Shown here piece after piece: positions 19,592 to 30,896 of a stretch of 47,188 bases of DNA; positions within the stretch are counted from its first letter, which is position 1; every line of letters begins with the position of its first letter. A program made the translations under genes and the position numbers. The stretch spans positions 1-47,188 of the forward strand of contig JAADVB010000147.1 in NCBI GenBank assembly GCA_023334545.1, written 5' to 3'. The DNA comes from Salisapilia sapeloensis CBS 127946 (lineage: Eukaryota > Protista > Oomycota). The notes below the pieces were generated by a model. The model did not search any database and was not told where the DNA came from. It worked only from the letters and a program-made list of their open reading frames with translations.

Positions 19592-20516
19592 ATGATCGAC
19601 TTCATGCGGCTACTCGTTGCATTTGTGGTCCTTGGCATCTCGTTTGTCACTTGGAAATGGATGCAATCGAAATCTACCGCGGCAACTACATTTACTAGTA
19701 CTTCGTCTGGAAAAAAGAAAAATCGGAAGAAGCGAAAGAGTAAGAAAGAAAGAACGCCGGAGCGCTATACCGGCGACGTTGTCGGTCAAAACACACCAGC
19801 CCAGTCATCTCCACCTCAGCAAAGCGATCTACCGGAAGAGGAGAGTGATAATGATAGCGATAGTGATGACGATGGGCGCAAGAAAGCGTCCAAAGTGCTC
19901 TCAGAACGTCGCTTTAAGCCAAAAGCCGTCGGTGGCGCTTCGCAAGTACCGACGTCCGACCCCATTCCAAAGTACACACTTGGTCAGAGAGTATATGCAG
20001 ACTACCAGAATGGTCCACACAAGTTCCCAGGTATCATCCATGAGGTACGTGAGCATGAACTAGAAAAGATATATCTAGAAAGGATCATTCTTAGACTCGA
20101 AACGCTAGGTGCGAAGAGATAACAAGTATCACATCCAGTTTGATGACGGTGGCTTCGAGTACAATGTGCCGTATTCTAACATTCAAATACCAGACGATCA
20201 ACCTGCCAAAGAGGTAGTCGAGACCAAGCAAGAGGAAACGAAACAAGAAGAGAGATTGGTCGAACCAGAGGTCGATCATGACGACGATGGATGGGAAATC
20301 GTCGGCCCAACCAAGCGGAACAAGCCTAAGAGCGCACCAGAGCCAGCTTCCAACGACGGACTGACGAAGAGGCAACGGGAGAGTCGTCGGAAGAAGGAGA
20401 GACAGAAAGAGATTCGAGACATGGTGCGAGAGCGAGCGCAGGAAGATGGATTACACGCTCGATGGGGTGGATCCAACCAACGTTATCGCTATGTACCTCC
20501 TCCACCTACAAATTAG
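19592..20516 (+). CDS. N-terminally membrane-anchored Tudor-like domain protein, 2 exons, 286 aa
   Basis: Exons 19592-20044 and 20109-20516; 64-nt intron GTACGT..TAG. TM segment LLVAFVVLGISFVTW; polybasic KKKNRKKRKSKK; spliced Tudor-like YTLGQRVYADYQNGPHKFPGIIHE/VRRDNKYHIQFDDGGFEYNVP. Confidence 0.85.
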
Positions 20517-20554
20517 ATCCAACTATACCGAAATGGACTCTTCTTGACATATTT

Positions 20555-21083
20555 TCACATGAGAAAGACTTGTTGTATCTGTTCTGGCGCTTGTTTCTTC
20601 CCTTTCTTCATCCCCATCTGCTCTTCCACTTGATTCGCTTCATATGCTTCTTGCAGCACACGCTTTTCCATTTGAGAGTCCCGCGGTGGATGCTTTGGTG
20701 GACGGATTGTAAGTGAGTCATACGTCCCATGACGGAATTGCTCTTCGTATTGAATGCTACGAAGCGGCTTCCGACCTACATCTATAAAATATAGCATCGA
20801 ATGCTTTATTATCATGCACTTCATCTACCTGGTTTCGTATCTATTGGAGGTGGTGCGTGGGAAGATTTCTTATATATCTTTGTCATTGGCTTAGTAGATC
20901 GACTAGGAGCCTTAGCAGTCGGTTTATGATCGTACGCCACCGCCTCTGCCAACTACGATCGCATTAGCTCTATCAACATACATTTCCTTCTATTCCTACT
21001 TGACGACGCAATTCCTCCATCTCCTTCACACTCAGCTTGCCTTTCACTCCTAACTGGAGCTTTCCATGCTCTCGAACACTCAT
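20555..21083 (-). CDS. Hidden 3-exon gene, ~144 aa, tentatively UPF0193/EVG1-like
   Basis: Exons 21083-21000, 20952-20829, 20781-20555; two 47-nt GT-AG introns give a stop-free frame MSVREHGKL...HGTYDSLTIRPPKHPPRDSQMEKRVLQEAYE...VFLM*. The family resemblance is from memory of the G.Y...F.P...RD...EK.RLQ motif and is weak. Confidence 0.65.
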
Positions 21084-21287
21084 CCGAGTAGGATGCTTGT
21101 CTACTTTGTCTATAGATAGAAAAGCGTTTCAGAATCTCTAAGAGATACATCCGGAGATCGAGTCGATCGTGCCTTTTCATGATCGACTCGACCACACAAC
21201 AAGATCGTATTGATCCACTGGCAAAGATCGCTTTGCATACCTCCTTAGCACGTTCTAATCGACGTCACAATCTTATCTTGTCCCAGC

Positions 21288-24200
21288 ATGACATCACCGA
21301 CTTTGGAAATGGACCCATCGCTGGAGAATGCATCAGTAGCTCAGCTGGAGGAACGACTGGTGGAGACGACTAAAGCTAAAGAAGCGAATGCCGTACGTAT
21401 GCCCTTATGCCAATATATCATACTCTACTTTTCCATCATTAAATCATCTTTCATGATGACCATACATGCACCTATCATATCGTCTCTCCCTATACTTATG
21501 CTTATAATACTAGACGGTTGGTAAGCAACTGGATGAAAAGCTTCGTTCTGCCTTTAAGAATGCACCTCGTCGTCCGAATATGACGGCTGAATTGATCGAT
21601 CGAACGATGGAAGAACTAGAGTTACGTCGATCCACAACGTCCATGCCACTAGCAGATGAAAATCGGATCTTGAGAGAGCTCCAGCAGCTTGGTGAAAAGC
21701 GAACGCAGCTTGAGACTTTTAACAACTTCCAATCATGGGTCGACAAGACGAAAACCGAGCGTCAAGAGCGATTCGCCAAGCACAAGGAGCTAGAAACGCA
21801 GATCCGACAGCTCCAAAATGCTAAACGTCGAGCAACGCTGGCCCAAGCTTTGGGTCAAAGTACGTCGGATCTCGTCACCATCCAAGTGTCTCTTCCGAAA
21901 GCTCGCATCGGGAATGTCGTCGGCCGAGGCTATGCCAACTTGCGCCAGTTGGAAAGTGACCATCAAGCCATCATCGAAATCGATGACACTGCTCTCGTCG
22001 CGAATATTGTAAGCGTCGTCTCACAGGCAGAGCTGGCTAAAGCAGCGATCGAGGACATTACGCTCGCGACTAACGTCGTCGTTGGCCTCCACCCGGATAC
22101 GATGAAACTCCTGTTGTCTCAAAAGTCCAAGTTACTACATGAGCTAGAGCAGTCACTTCATCTCCATCTCGACGTGAATAAGAGCGATGGCATTCTATCC
22201 GCGAGCGCTTCGCCTCGAAAGGAGAAACAACTTCGATTGGCACTAGATCAAGTTGCAGCAAAGAAAGAAGACATTGGGTTACCAGCAGAAGTGGTCCCGA
22301 AACTCATCGGTCGAAAGGGTGAGACCGTGAACAAGTTGATGGAAGAGTCTGATTGTCTCATTGATATTGATAAAGTGACCAACTCTGTCCGTCTATGCGG
22401 TTCCAAAGCGAATGTAGCAAAAGCAAAGACGTTCGTGCTAGACTTGGTCGAGGAGTTTTCCACTCGGACTGACGTCGTTCGTCCAAGCGACTTAGACGTC
22501 TTCCCAGACGACACCTACGAAGTCTATAAATTCACGTTCTTTGCCGAGTTCCTCATGGCAGACAAAGCTGCTCAACTAAAGAAACTTCGATCGACCGTCG
22601 GTGAAGCTCGTGTGAGTGTATCGAAAGATGAGAAGAAGATCGTTGCAACTGGTACCAAGGCACAGTTGACGACATTCCGCCCGACACTCAAGACGTTCAT
22701 CACTTCTTTCGAAGAAAAGCATTTCGTTCATCAAGTCTCGGACGGTCGGATCTTGAGTCTCATCATCGGTCGTAAAGGTGCAAAGATTAAAGAGCTAGAG
22801 AAGGAAGCCATGTCTGCTGGTGGTCACGTACGTATTGACGTCGATGGGTTATATGTATGTGTCTACGGCGAACCAAAGGACGTACTTGAAAGCACGAAAA
22901 ACCAGATCGAACGTATTGATGCCACGAACCAGCGGTCCTACTACTCCACCTGTCAATACCTCGTCACAGTCCTCCTCAACTCGAAACGTGAGAAGCTGCA
23001 GGATATCGAGTCGGAATCCGGATGTAAGCTGCAGCTACCACCGCCGCCATCCGGCGGTAGGGACAGTGTCGACGCCAGTGCTCGTGTTAAGATCACATTG
23101 ACCGGTACGATCGAAGCGATTGCTGAGGCCAAGCAGCTTCTCACTGCACTTGACGACGCTCATCTCGTGCATCACGTTCCACTAGACGCAGACGAAGTTC
23201 CAATTGTCATTGGACAGAAAGGCAAGACAGTGAGTGAGTTGGAAAGCAAGAGTGGTGCCAAAGTACGCGTCCTAAGGAATAAGGAAGGAGAAAAGGGTGC
23301 TGAATTAGAGCTGATCGGTACCAAGGAACAGCTAGAGGTCGTGCAAGCATCTCTTGACACGCTGCTGCAGACACAGAATCGCTCTCTCCTTCAGTTCGAT
23401 GCCTTCACCGTCGGTTGTTTGATTGGAAAGAAAGGAGAGCGGATCAAGGCGTTACGTGAGAAGCATCCAGAGGCTACACTCGACGCTTTCCCTGTACGAG
23501 GTCAAGTCCGTGTCAAAGCATCTAGTCAGGAAGCCATGAATATCTGTCTGGACGATGTCATGCAGACGTTACGTGAATCGAGCGTTGTCGAGACGATTCA
23601 CGCCAGTGACAGCGTTAACTTCAAGCAGCTTATCGACAAATACGAAGCGCTGGAAGCTCGTCTGCATGAGCTCGAGGCACAAGGGGGTGAAGGCATGCGT
23701 GTGAATTTCTTGGAGGATGGCAAGATCGTCAAGCTGCGAGGTTGTGCCTTAGGTATTGGTCCGTTGAAAAAGTTCCTCGAGATGCTGAATGAAGCAGATG
23801 ACGTTCTGATGGAAAGCATGAAACTTCCGTCTCTGTCCACAGCAAAGGTGCTCATGACAGGAGAGAAAGAGGATGCTCCAGCGAAACTAAATGAGAACGC
23901 CTTGCGTATCTGTAAGCAAACCAAGTGCGAGATCCGTGTGAAGCAGAGTGGAGAGGATGCAGAGGTGGTGATTGAAGGCAGCAGCGTTGCCAATGTCTAT
24001 AACGCGAGAGCAGAAGTGGAGAAGCTACTCCAGTTCTACTTTAGCGATCGAATTGCTCTACTTGTAGACCTTCCACCTGCCGCTATTCCACGTCTCTTTG
24101 AGATGGCACCATCACTTCGATCCAAATGGAACGCCGTGCTATCTCTTCCGACTAAGACGAGTATGAAAGTCTTTACAAAGTCCAAGGAAGACACGGAAGC

Positions 24201-25242
24201 AGCCGCAAACGTCTTGCGTTCGGAATTGGCAACGTGGAAGCAGCAGCATGTTCAAGTGCCAGTTCCATCCTGGGTGGTCCCGCTGCTAGTCGGTAAGAAT
24301 GGAGAGTCTATTCGGAAGCTTGCGGCAACTGCTGAAGGAGCCAAGTTGGACGTGAGTCCTTTTGACAATCATAAAGACCGCTTCATCACGGTGCATGCAC
24401 GAGACGATGATGTCTTGCAACGTGCTGTCGACCTCGTCAAGTCTGAGATCGACAAGCATACGGAGCTAGCATCAAGTGTGGAGGCGAACTCGGATGTCGC
24501 GGACGTCCTCCTGAACGTCCGAAAGGAAGCGACTTCATCCGGATTACAGTTCCATGTACTGGACAAAGAGGCTGGTAAAGAAATTGTTGTGTATGGCACA
24601 GACTTTGAAAGTCGCGAACGTATTGTTGAGAAACTGGAGCACTTGCGTGACACGACACAAGTCCGAGTGATTGAATTGCCTGATTCGAATGCGTACAAGT
24701 CGATTGTTGGAGCGCTCATTGGTAAGAGTGGCACACATATCAAGGCACTGCAAAAACAATTCCCAGACGTGACAATCGACATCCTTCGAGATGAACGTCG
24801 CATTACGCTTAAAGGTCCTACTGAAAGCGTGGATCAAGTGAAGAGTGTCATGGAAGATAAGATTCAAGAGTTGTTGCCGAGACTGGATGAGCAAGAGCAG
24901 CAGGAACAAGCTCCAGTCAGTCCCACGGAGTCAAAGACGAAGGTCGAGAAAGACCTCAAGGATGAAGATAAGGAGAACGAAGTCGATACGTCGGTTTCGA
25001 GTGGAAACCAAAACCAGTCGGTACCAAAGCCTACGGTTGTTGGCGGCACTCCGTCCATGAGTTTACCCAAAATGTCCAAGAAGCAGCGGCAACGCATGAG
25101 AAAGCGTGCAGAGAAGACGAACGAAGTCTTGTCTATGATCATGGGAGACGACAAAACAGAGAATCCTTCCTCATCCACAAAAGAGTCGAATGGAAATGGT
25201 AGCTACTATCATTCTTCTAGTGGTTATTCCCTTCGATTGTAG
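21288..25242 (+). CDS. Multi-KH-domain RNA-binding protein (vigilin/Scp160-like), 2 exons, ~1277 aa
   Basis: Exons 21288-21392 and 21514-25242 (121-nt intron GTACGT..TAG). Seven GxxG KH loops (VGRGY, IGRKG x2, IGQKG, IGKKG, VGKNG, IGKSG) plus degenerate KH units; N-terminal coiled coil. Confidence 0.9.
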
Positions 25243-25361
25243 AAGGGATGATGCCTACGACGCCATAATGCTCAGTTCTACGTTTATGATTTACTACAGT
25301 ATTGTAATAAATCACAGTTGATAAGTTTCCATCTCTACGTTATCATATTATTCATGGACAC

Positions 25362-28300
25362 TTATCGAAATGCTGGTCGACTTTTTGGTGTGCGACTTCG
25401 GCTTCGTGATTCCGAAGGTGATTGATATTTGCTCGATTGACTCGCAGCCGTCTCTCGAGCGACACCAGAGTTTATCCGAGATGGAATCGCAGATAAAGTT
25501 TTCGTTGATGTCTTTGAATCGACAGACCGACTACTTTTTGTCTTGGAGCTGTTGGATGGAGTACGGTTTTGGTAGCTCCGAGATGGACCTGCAGAGGCAC
25601 CACGTGGCTGTCGCTTCACAGCGGATTTGCGAGGAGCTACATCTTCATATTCTTTGCTTTTTCGTCGACGTTGCTCTAACTGGGCGGATGCGTGTGGATA
25701 GATTTGTGCACCTACTGGAGATGGAGGAAAGGATTGATCCAAGTGCTCCATGTATCGCGAATTCCCGGGAAAGTTAAGCGGCTCTGATTCATCTATTGTC
25801 GGGTGGGCTGCTAGTTGCAAAGGTGCTCGGTATAATTCAGTTCCGTACCGCTTCTCCATGGATTCTAGCTCACGCTCCCAGCTAATGGATCCAATCCTTC
25901 GGTTCATTTGCTTCTGCTTACGTTCTCTTAAAGCACTACTTGAAAAGGTAAGTAGCTGACCCGTGGTCAAGCTACCATTACCACTCAATTGTTTATTTTT
26001 GGCATAGCGACTCATAAATCCTTGCAGCGTACCATCTCGCTTTCCATGGAAACCATTTACTGGATCTCGGACAGCAGCGATAATCTGTTGCATCCAGTGC
26101 ATCGTTGCAAGTGAAGTTTGACTAGATAAACTACTGCCTGGTGCTGCTTTTGGATCACTGTCAAACGCTTCAGGAAAAGTTCCAATGGCGAGAAACTTGG
26201 CCGAAGCTTTCATTGTTTCCTGGAGCAGAACGGTGAGCTTGGAACTATGATATCGAACAAACGTTGTCTCCTGGAAACGTATGTCTGCAAGCACCGAAAT
26301 AAGTGACTTGATCCCTTGCTCCATCGTTGTGACCACTTTTGACTCATCGGATCTCTGCCACTCCAAGTCGGGAGTTGGTTCTGTACGACTCTGGGCAGCT
26401 AACTCCACGATCTACAATGTAGACAAGCTTAGTCACATGAAAAGAAAGCTACCTTACATATCCGCTTACCTGAAGCTTGGATTTGACTGGCACTGCGCCA
26501 ACTAGTCGATTCTCGTAGGTAATATCAAGTGTGATTACACGATGTGCCAAGTGGTGGTTCATCGGAAAAGATTGAGTCGCCTGGAGTGTGTCATACCCAC
26601 TGCGTAAGACCAGAAGCACTTCCTCGAGGTTCGATACTTCGAGCATGGCAAACTTACAAGTAGATGTACCTCCTCTATTCTCGTACGCCTGCACCATACC
26701 TTGGGTTCCGAGAAGGTCATAAATGACTTCGTCGTACACCGCCATGAAACTCACCGTTACCGCAGCACGATGGGCATGTCCATTGGTTTCCACAATATCA
26801 AAAAGTTGATGCATAATAAGCTCAACAGGCGATATTTCGTCCGAGTGAGTAGCGAGAGAGGCAAGTGGCGGATCAGAATGGAGTTGTAGCGGTAACATTC
26901 CATCAAAAACCACAATGCATCCATTGCTTCCATCTATTATGCTTTGTAGTAGCGGAGTGATCGACTCATCACTTCTCCATGGTCGTGACCGGTCCGAATA
27001 CACTGCATCAAACTGAACATGAATCGGTTCAGTATTTGGCTGCGTACGCAAAAGTACCTCTCCTGTTGAGTAATTGGCTCGTAGCACAGGACATTTTACT
27101 TGGCCTGCGTTGTCATACGCATGTAAAGGATGCGCTGCACTTCGAATTTGACATAGAACAATAGCATTGTGCTTAGATTCCCAAAGCTGGTCATGAAGAT
27201 GCTTCCGAGCCAAGTCACTGGATGTTAATGCGTCCTTCAAGGGCTGGCGTTCACTATGTGCGGCTGTAGCATACTGTTTAGATCGACTCAAAAGCTGGAG
27301 AACTGGTTGGCGAAGATGCCTGATAAACTGTTGGAAATCTTCACGAAGAGATAAGATAGGAGCTCGTACTGTGGCTAACGATCTACGAACATTTTGTATA
27401 CGAAATAGAGCATCACAAGCAACGGCATTTAGTTTCCGCTGGCGATACTGATGACGTTGGATAGATGCACTTTGCGATTGTAAATGCTCCCGGGCGTCAT
27501 TCCCATACGTAAGTAGAGCTTTTGCCTCGGCCGTCTTTGCAGCCACTCGACCTTTAAGCTGATGCACCTCTCTTTGGAGGCAGTCACGTTCGTCTTTTGT
27601 GTTTTCCAGCTCCACTGCATCTGCTTCATACCGTTGTCTCAAATCTTTTATCTTATCTTTTAACAAAGCATTCTCCTTTTCCAAGGAAGTGTTCTCTGAC
27701 TGCGCTTCCGTCCATTTGTCTAGCACTTCTTTGAAATGCATACCTCGCTTCCCAATTTCCGAATTAAGATGTGTTGCATCCTCTTTCATTAATCTATTCT
27801 CTTGCTGTAACATAGCGTTTTGATGTGCTAACTCTTTCAATCGAACTTCAACTTGTGCGAAAGTTGATTGGGACTCATTCTCTGTAGCTCGTAGCATGTT
27901 TATTTCTTCATCCTGCTTGGCTATAGCTGCATTAAGCTCCATGATACGCTTCGATTGTTGATACGCTTCTGCAACAGCTTTATCGCGTAACTCGCTCATC
28001 ACCTGCAGCTCCTTCCATACCGAAGCCGTAGCAGTGACATCGGATGGCAGCTCTTGGCGACCTTCCTTGGGTGATTCGTTTGAAATTGTCACTTCGACGT
28101 CTAATTCACGAGTTTCTATGGGAGTTGGTTCAAAATATTTCTCCTCTGGAGTATCTCCTCTGTCATCTACATGTTCGTGCTGCTGAAATAACGTCTCCTC
28201 TTGAACTTCAGTCTGATCTTCCAAAACAGTCGTATCGGCCACTGCATCGTTGTCCATCTTCTCAATAAAATCTTCAGTCAGCTCGACACTATTTCCAACT

Positions 28301-28488
28301 TCTTGTTCAGCTTTATCATCACCAGGGCTGGCATAGAAATCATCCTCATACAATTCGACCTTCAATTCATCTTCATTATCAACGAGGTCCAAGCCCATGT
28401 GTTCTTCTTCTGGAGTTTCATCGTATATGTCTTCATCATCGTACAAGTTGGGTTCATCCATGCTCACAGCACGTTCGGTTTTATTCAT
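25362..28488 (-). CDS. Kinesin-fold protein with degenerate ATPase motifs (kinesin-14-like layout), 2 exons, ~1022 aa
   Basis: Exons 28488-26470 and 26411-25362 (58-nt intron GTAAGC..TAG). Acidic N-terminus, long coiled coil, then a motor-homology region: KHNAIVLCQIR, QFDAVY, SKLQ/IVELAA, VRYHSSKLTVLLQETM. Basic S/R-rich tail. Confidence 0.85.
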
Positions 28489-28947
28489 GTGCTCGCATTC
28501 ACTAAGGTATCCGTTTCATTTTCTACAGGACGATTACCATCGCGATACATGTATTTGAAGTTGTATGGAAGTGGGTCCAAATGACCCTATACTATCCATT
28601 TCTAAAGGTTTAAATGCATTTATAGAGTTATTTACATTATTTTCAACCAATTAAAGCTCTTCATTTGGCGCGAACGCTACTGAGTCTCATTCGTCCTTGG
28701 AATACTTTCATAGCTCATACACTCAATAATTAGTTAAGAATACAATTAATATCCTATTCTCTTCATAGGTAGACTCTTTACTTCTATTAATTTAAAAAAA
28801 ACTTGGCGGTCAACACTTAAAAAAAATGTGCTCAGTATACCTCTTCAAGATCGAACAGGACGAGAGTCTCACATTTCTTAATAGACATCTATCGCCACAA
28901 GTGCGTTCGCACATCCCACCCATCGCGTGCTGATACAAGTTGAAACG

Positions 28948-29713
28948 ATGATCACAAACACGAGCATAGATGAACATGATACTATCACGATTACTCCTGA
29001 ATCGCCAACAGCAACCGTACTCTGGCTTTCATAGCAACACCATGTCAGTCGTCTGATTCTCATTCTCTTATTAGATGATCTTCCTACATGGAGTTGGCAA
29101 TTCAGCTCATGGTTGTGTCAAATGGATGGAACACTTGTCTAAAGCACTGCCTTATATTAAATTTGTTCTACCCACCGCGACGAAGAAGCCAGTAACGATT
29201 AATAATGGTGATATGATTCCTTCTTGGTACGACATTCAGACTCGAGACAAGACAAAAGACGACAATTCCAACGGGATTGAAGATTCCAAAGCTATTGTCC
29301 AGTCGCTTATCGACAGGGAAGTTGCAGCAGGCATCCCCTACAGCCGCATTGTACTAGGTGGATTCAGCCAGGGCGGCGCAATGTCTCTCTTTTCAGGTTT
29401 CCAAATGTCTGTCACCCTCGCTGGTGTATTGGCCATCTCCTGTTACCTGCCAAATACACAGACCTTCGCTTTCACCTCAGCAGCAAAGCAAATACCATTG
29501 CTCATGTGCCACGGAGATGCTGACTCGATTGTCTACTATAAGTACGGCAAAATGTCCAAAGAGAGACTTGTGGAACTTGGTGTGTCGGACGTGGAATTTA
29601 AAACGTACGAAGGGCTGGATCATGTGATCACGACGGAAGAGCTGGATGAGATAAAACAATGGATTCATCGTGTATTGCCACCTCAGCCGCATCCTTCTCG
29701 ATCTGCGATTTAA
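28948..29713 (+). CDS. Acyl-protein thioesterase / lysophospholipase-family hydrolase, diverged copy A, 2 exons, 235 aa
   Basis: Exons 28948-29016 and 29075-29713 (58-nt intron). GFSQGG nucleophile elbow, HGDAD Asp and LDH His are all present; PSWYDI motif. Confidence 0.9.
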
Positions 29714-29751
29714 GAAAACAAACGACAATTGACTGGTACTTGAAGACAAGG

Positions 29752-30714
29752 TTAATCTTTTCTTTTCGGACGTTCCTGCATATCTTTCATTCTCCTCTTT
29801 TTCGCTCTTTCAAGACGTTCTTCTTGAGTCAATGGTCTTCTTGGACCGATCGGCACGACATTCTCTTGTCGCTTCTTTACTTTCCTCTTTGGTTTAGACA
29901 CCTCATCATCACTCGAATAGTCTTCGCTACTACTTTCCGATCCGTCAAACTGTTCGTCCACAACGTACTTATGTCGTCGGCATGGACAGAGAAAATAGCA
30001 ACAGAAGCCCATTTTAATTCGAATCGCTTGTTCCTGTCTTTTCATCTTTCGAAACTTCTCTCGCTCCTCTTCATTCTCCAGTAGCGTCTTCCGAGTACTC
30101 TCCTCCTGAAGTAGTTTGTGTTCCGTGTGTAACTCGACAATCTTCTTTTCCCACCAGTCTTCACCCATCGTATATATCCGCATGTTCTGTTGGATGCGGA
30201 AAGCTGGATAGAGTAAGCTAGGGAACAACGCATGCAACTGCTTAAACTCGGCAAAGTCGATTCGTCCATCAGAATTCATATCAAATTGCTGCATCGCCGT
30301 TTGAATATTACTTGCTGGAGTGTCAGAATGAAGCATCTCTAGCAATCGACTGAGTTCTGTTCCTTCAATTGTCCCGCCTCGATCTTCATCAAAAATATTA
30401 AAACAGAACTTGAGCATGTCTTCTTTGTTTAAAAGACAAAATTTGCCTAGGGCTTCAACATACTCGCTAAAGTCTAGCTGACCACTATTATCTTCATCGA
30501 TCAGGGCAAAGATAGCATCGCCGAGTTCAGAATGCTGCTCATCAATAGACAGATAGAACTCATTTCGGTCGATAGAACCACTCTTGTCGTCGTCGCATTT
30601 TGAAAACTTGCGCCAAAGTGTCTGTAAATCCTTATCAGATAGTCTCAATTGCGCCATCGTTTGCCTCATTCTGTCATCGGGTGTTGGAGCGGGTATGCTC
30701 CATAATCCACCCAT
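29752..30714 (-). CDS. N-myristoylated four-EF-hand calcium sensor (calcineurin-B/CBL-like) with extended C-terminus, 320 aa
   Basis: MGGLWS fits MGxxxS. Loops DDDKSGSIDRNE, DEDNSGQLDFSE, DEDRGGTIEGTE, DMNSDGRIDFAE. The tail carries a coiled coil, CCYFLCPC and basic clusters. Confidence 0.88.
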   Translation of the reverse strand: MGGLWSIPAPTPDDRMRQTMAQLRLSDKDLQTLWRKFSKCDDDKSGSIDRNEFYLSIDEQHSELGDAIFALIDEDNSGQLDFSEYVEALGKFCLLNKEDMLKFCFNIFDEDRGGTIEGTELSRLLEMLHSDTPASNIQTAMQQFDMNSDGRIDFAEFKQLHALFPSLLYPAFRIQQNMRIYTMGEDWWEKKIVELHTEHKLLQEESTRKTLLENEEEREKFRKMKRQEQAIRIKMGFCCYFLCPCRRHKYVVDEQFDGSESSSEDYSSDDEVSKPKRKVKKRQENVVPIGPRRPLTQEERLERAKKRRMKDMQERPKRKD

Positions 30715-30896
30715 CGCGGACTAGGAAGTGTTCGTCGGAGGCGGTAACCACACAAAAGAACTAATAATATGCCAAAAATAGATCAGCTAGACCCGATAGT
30801 TTAGGAAATATAAGATCGACCGAAAACGGCCATGAGCGAACTAAGAATCCATCAACAGTCACATCCAACGGCTCTCCATTGTGGATTGGCAGCTGA

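Noticed and set aside
20953-21195. 80-aa minus-strand ORF in the track
   Set aside because: It is in a different frame from the spliced 3-exon gene that explains this region better.
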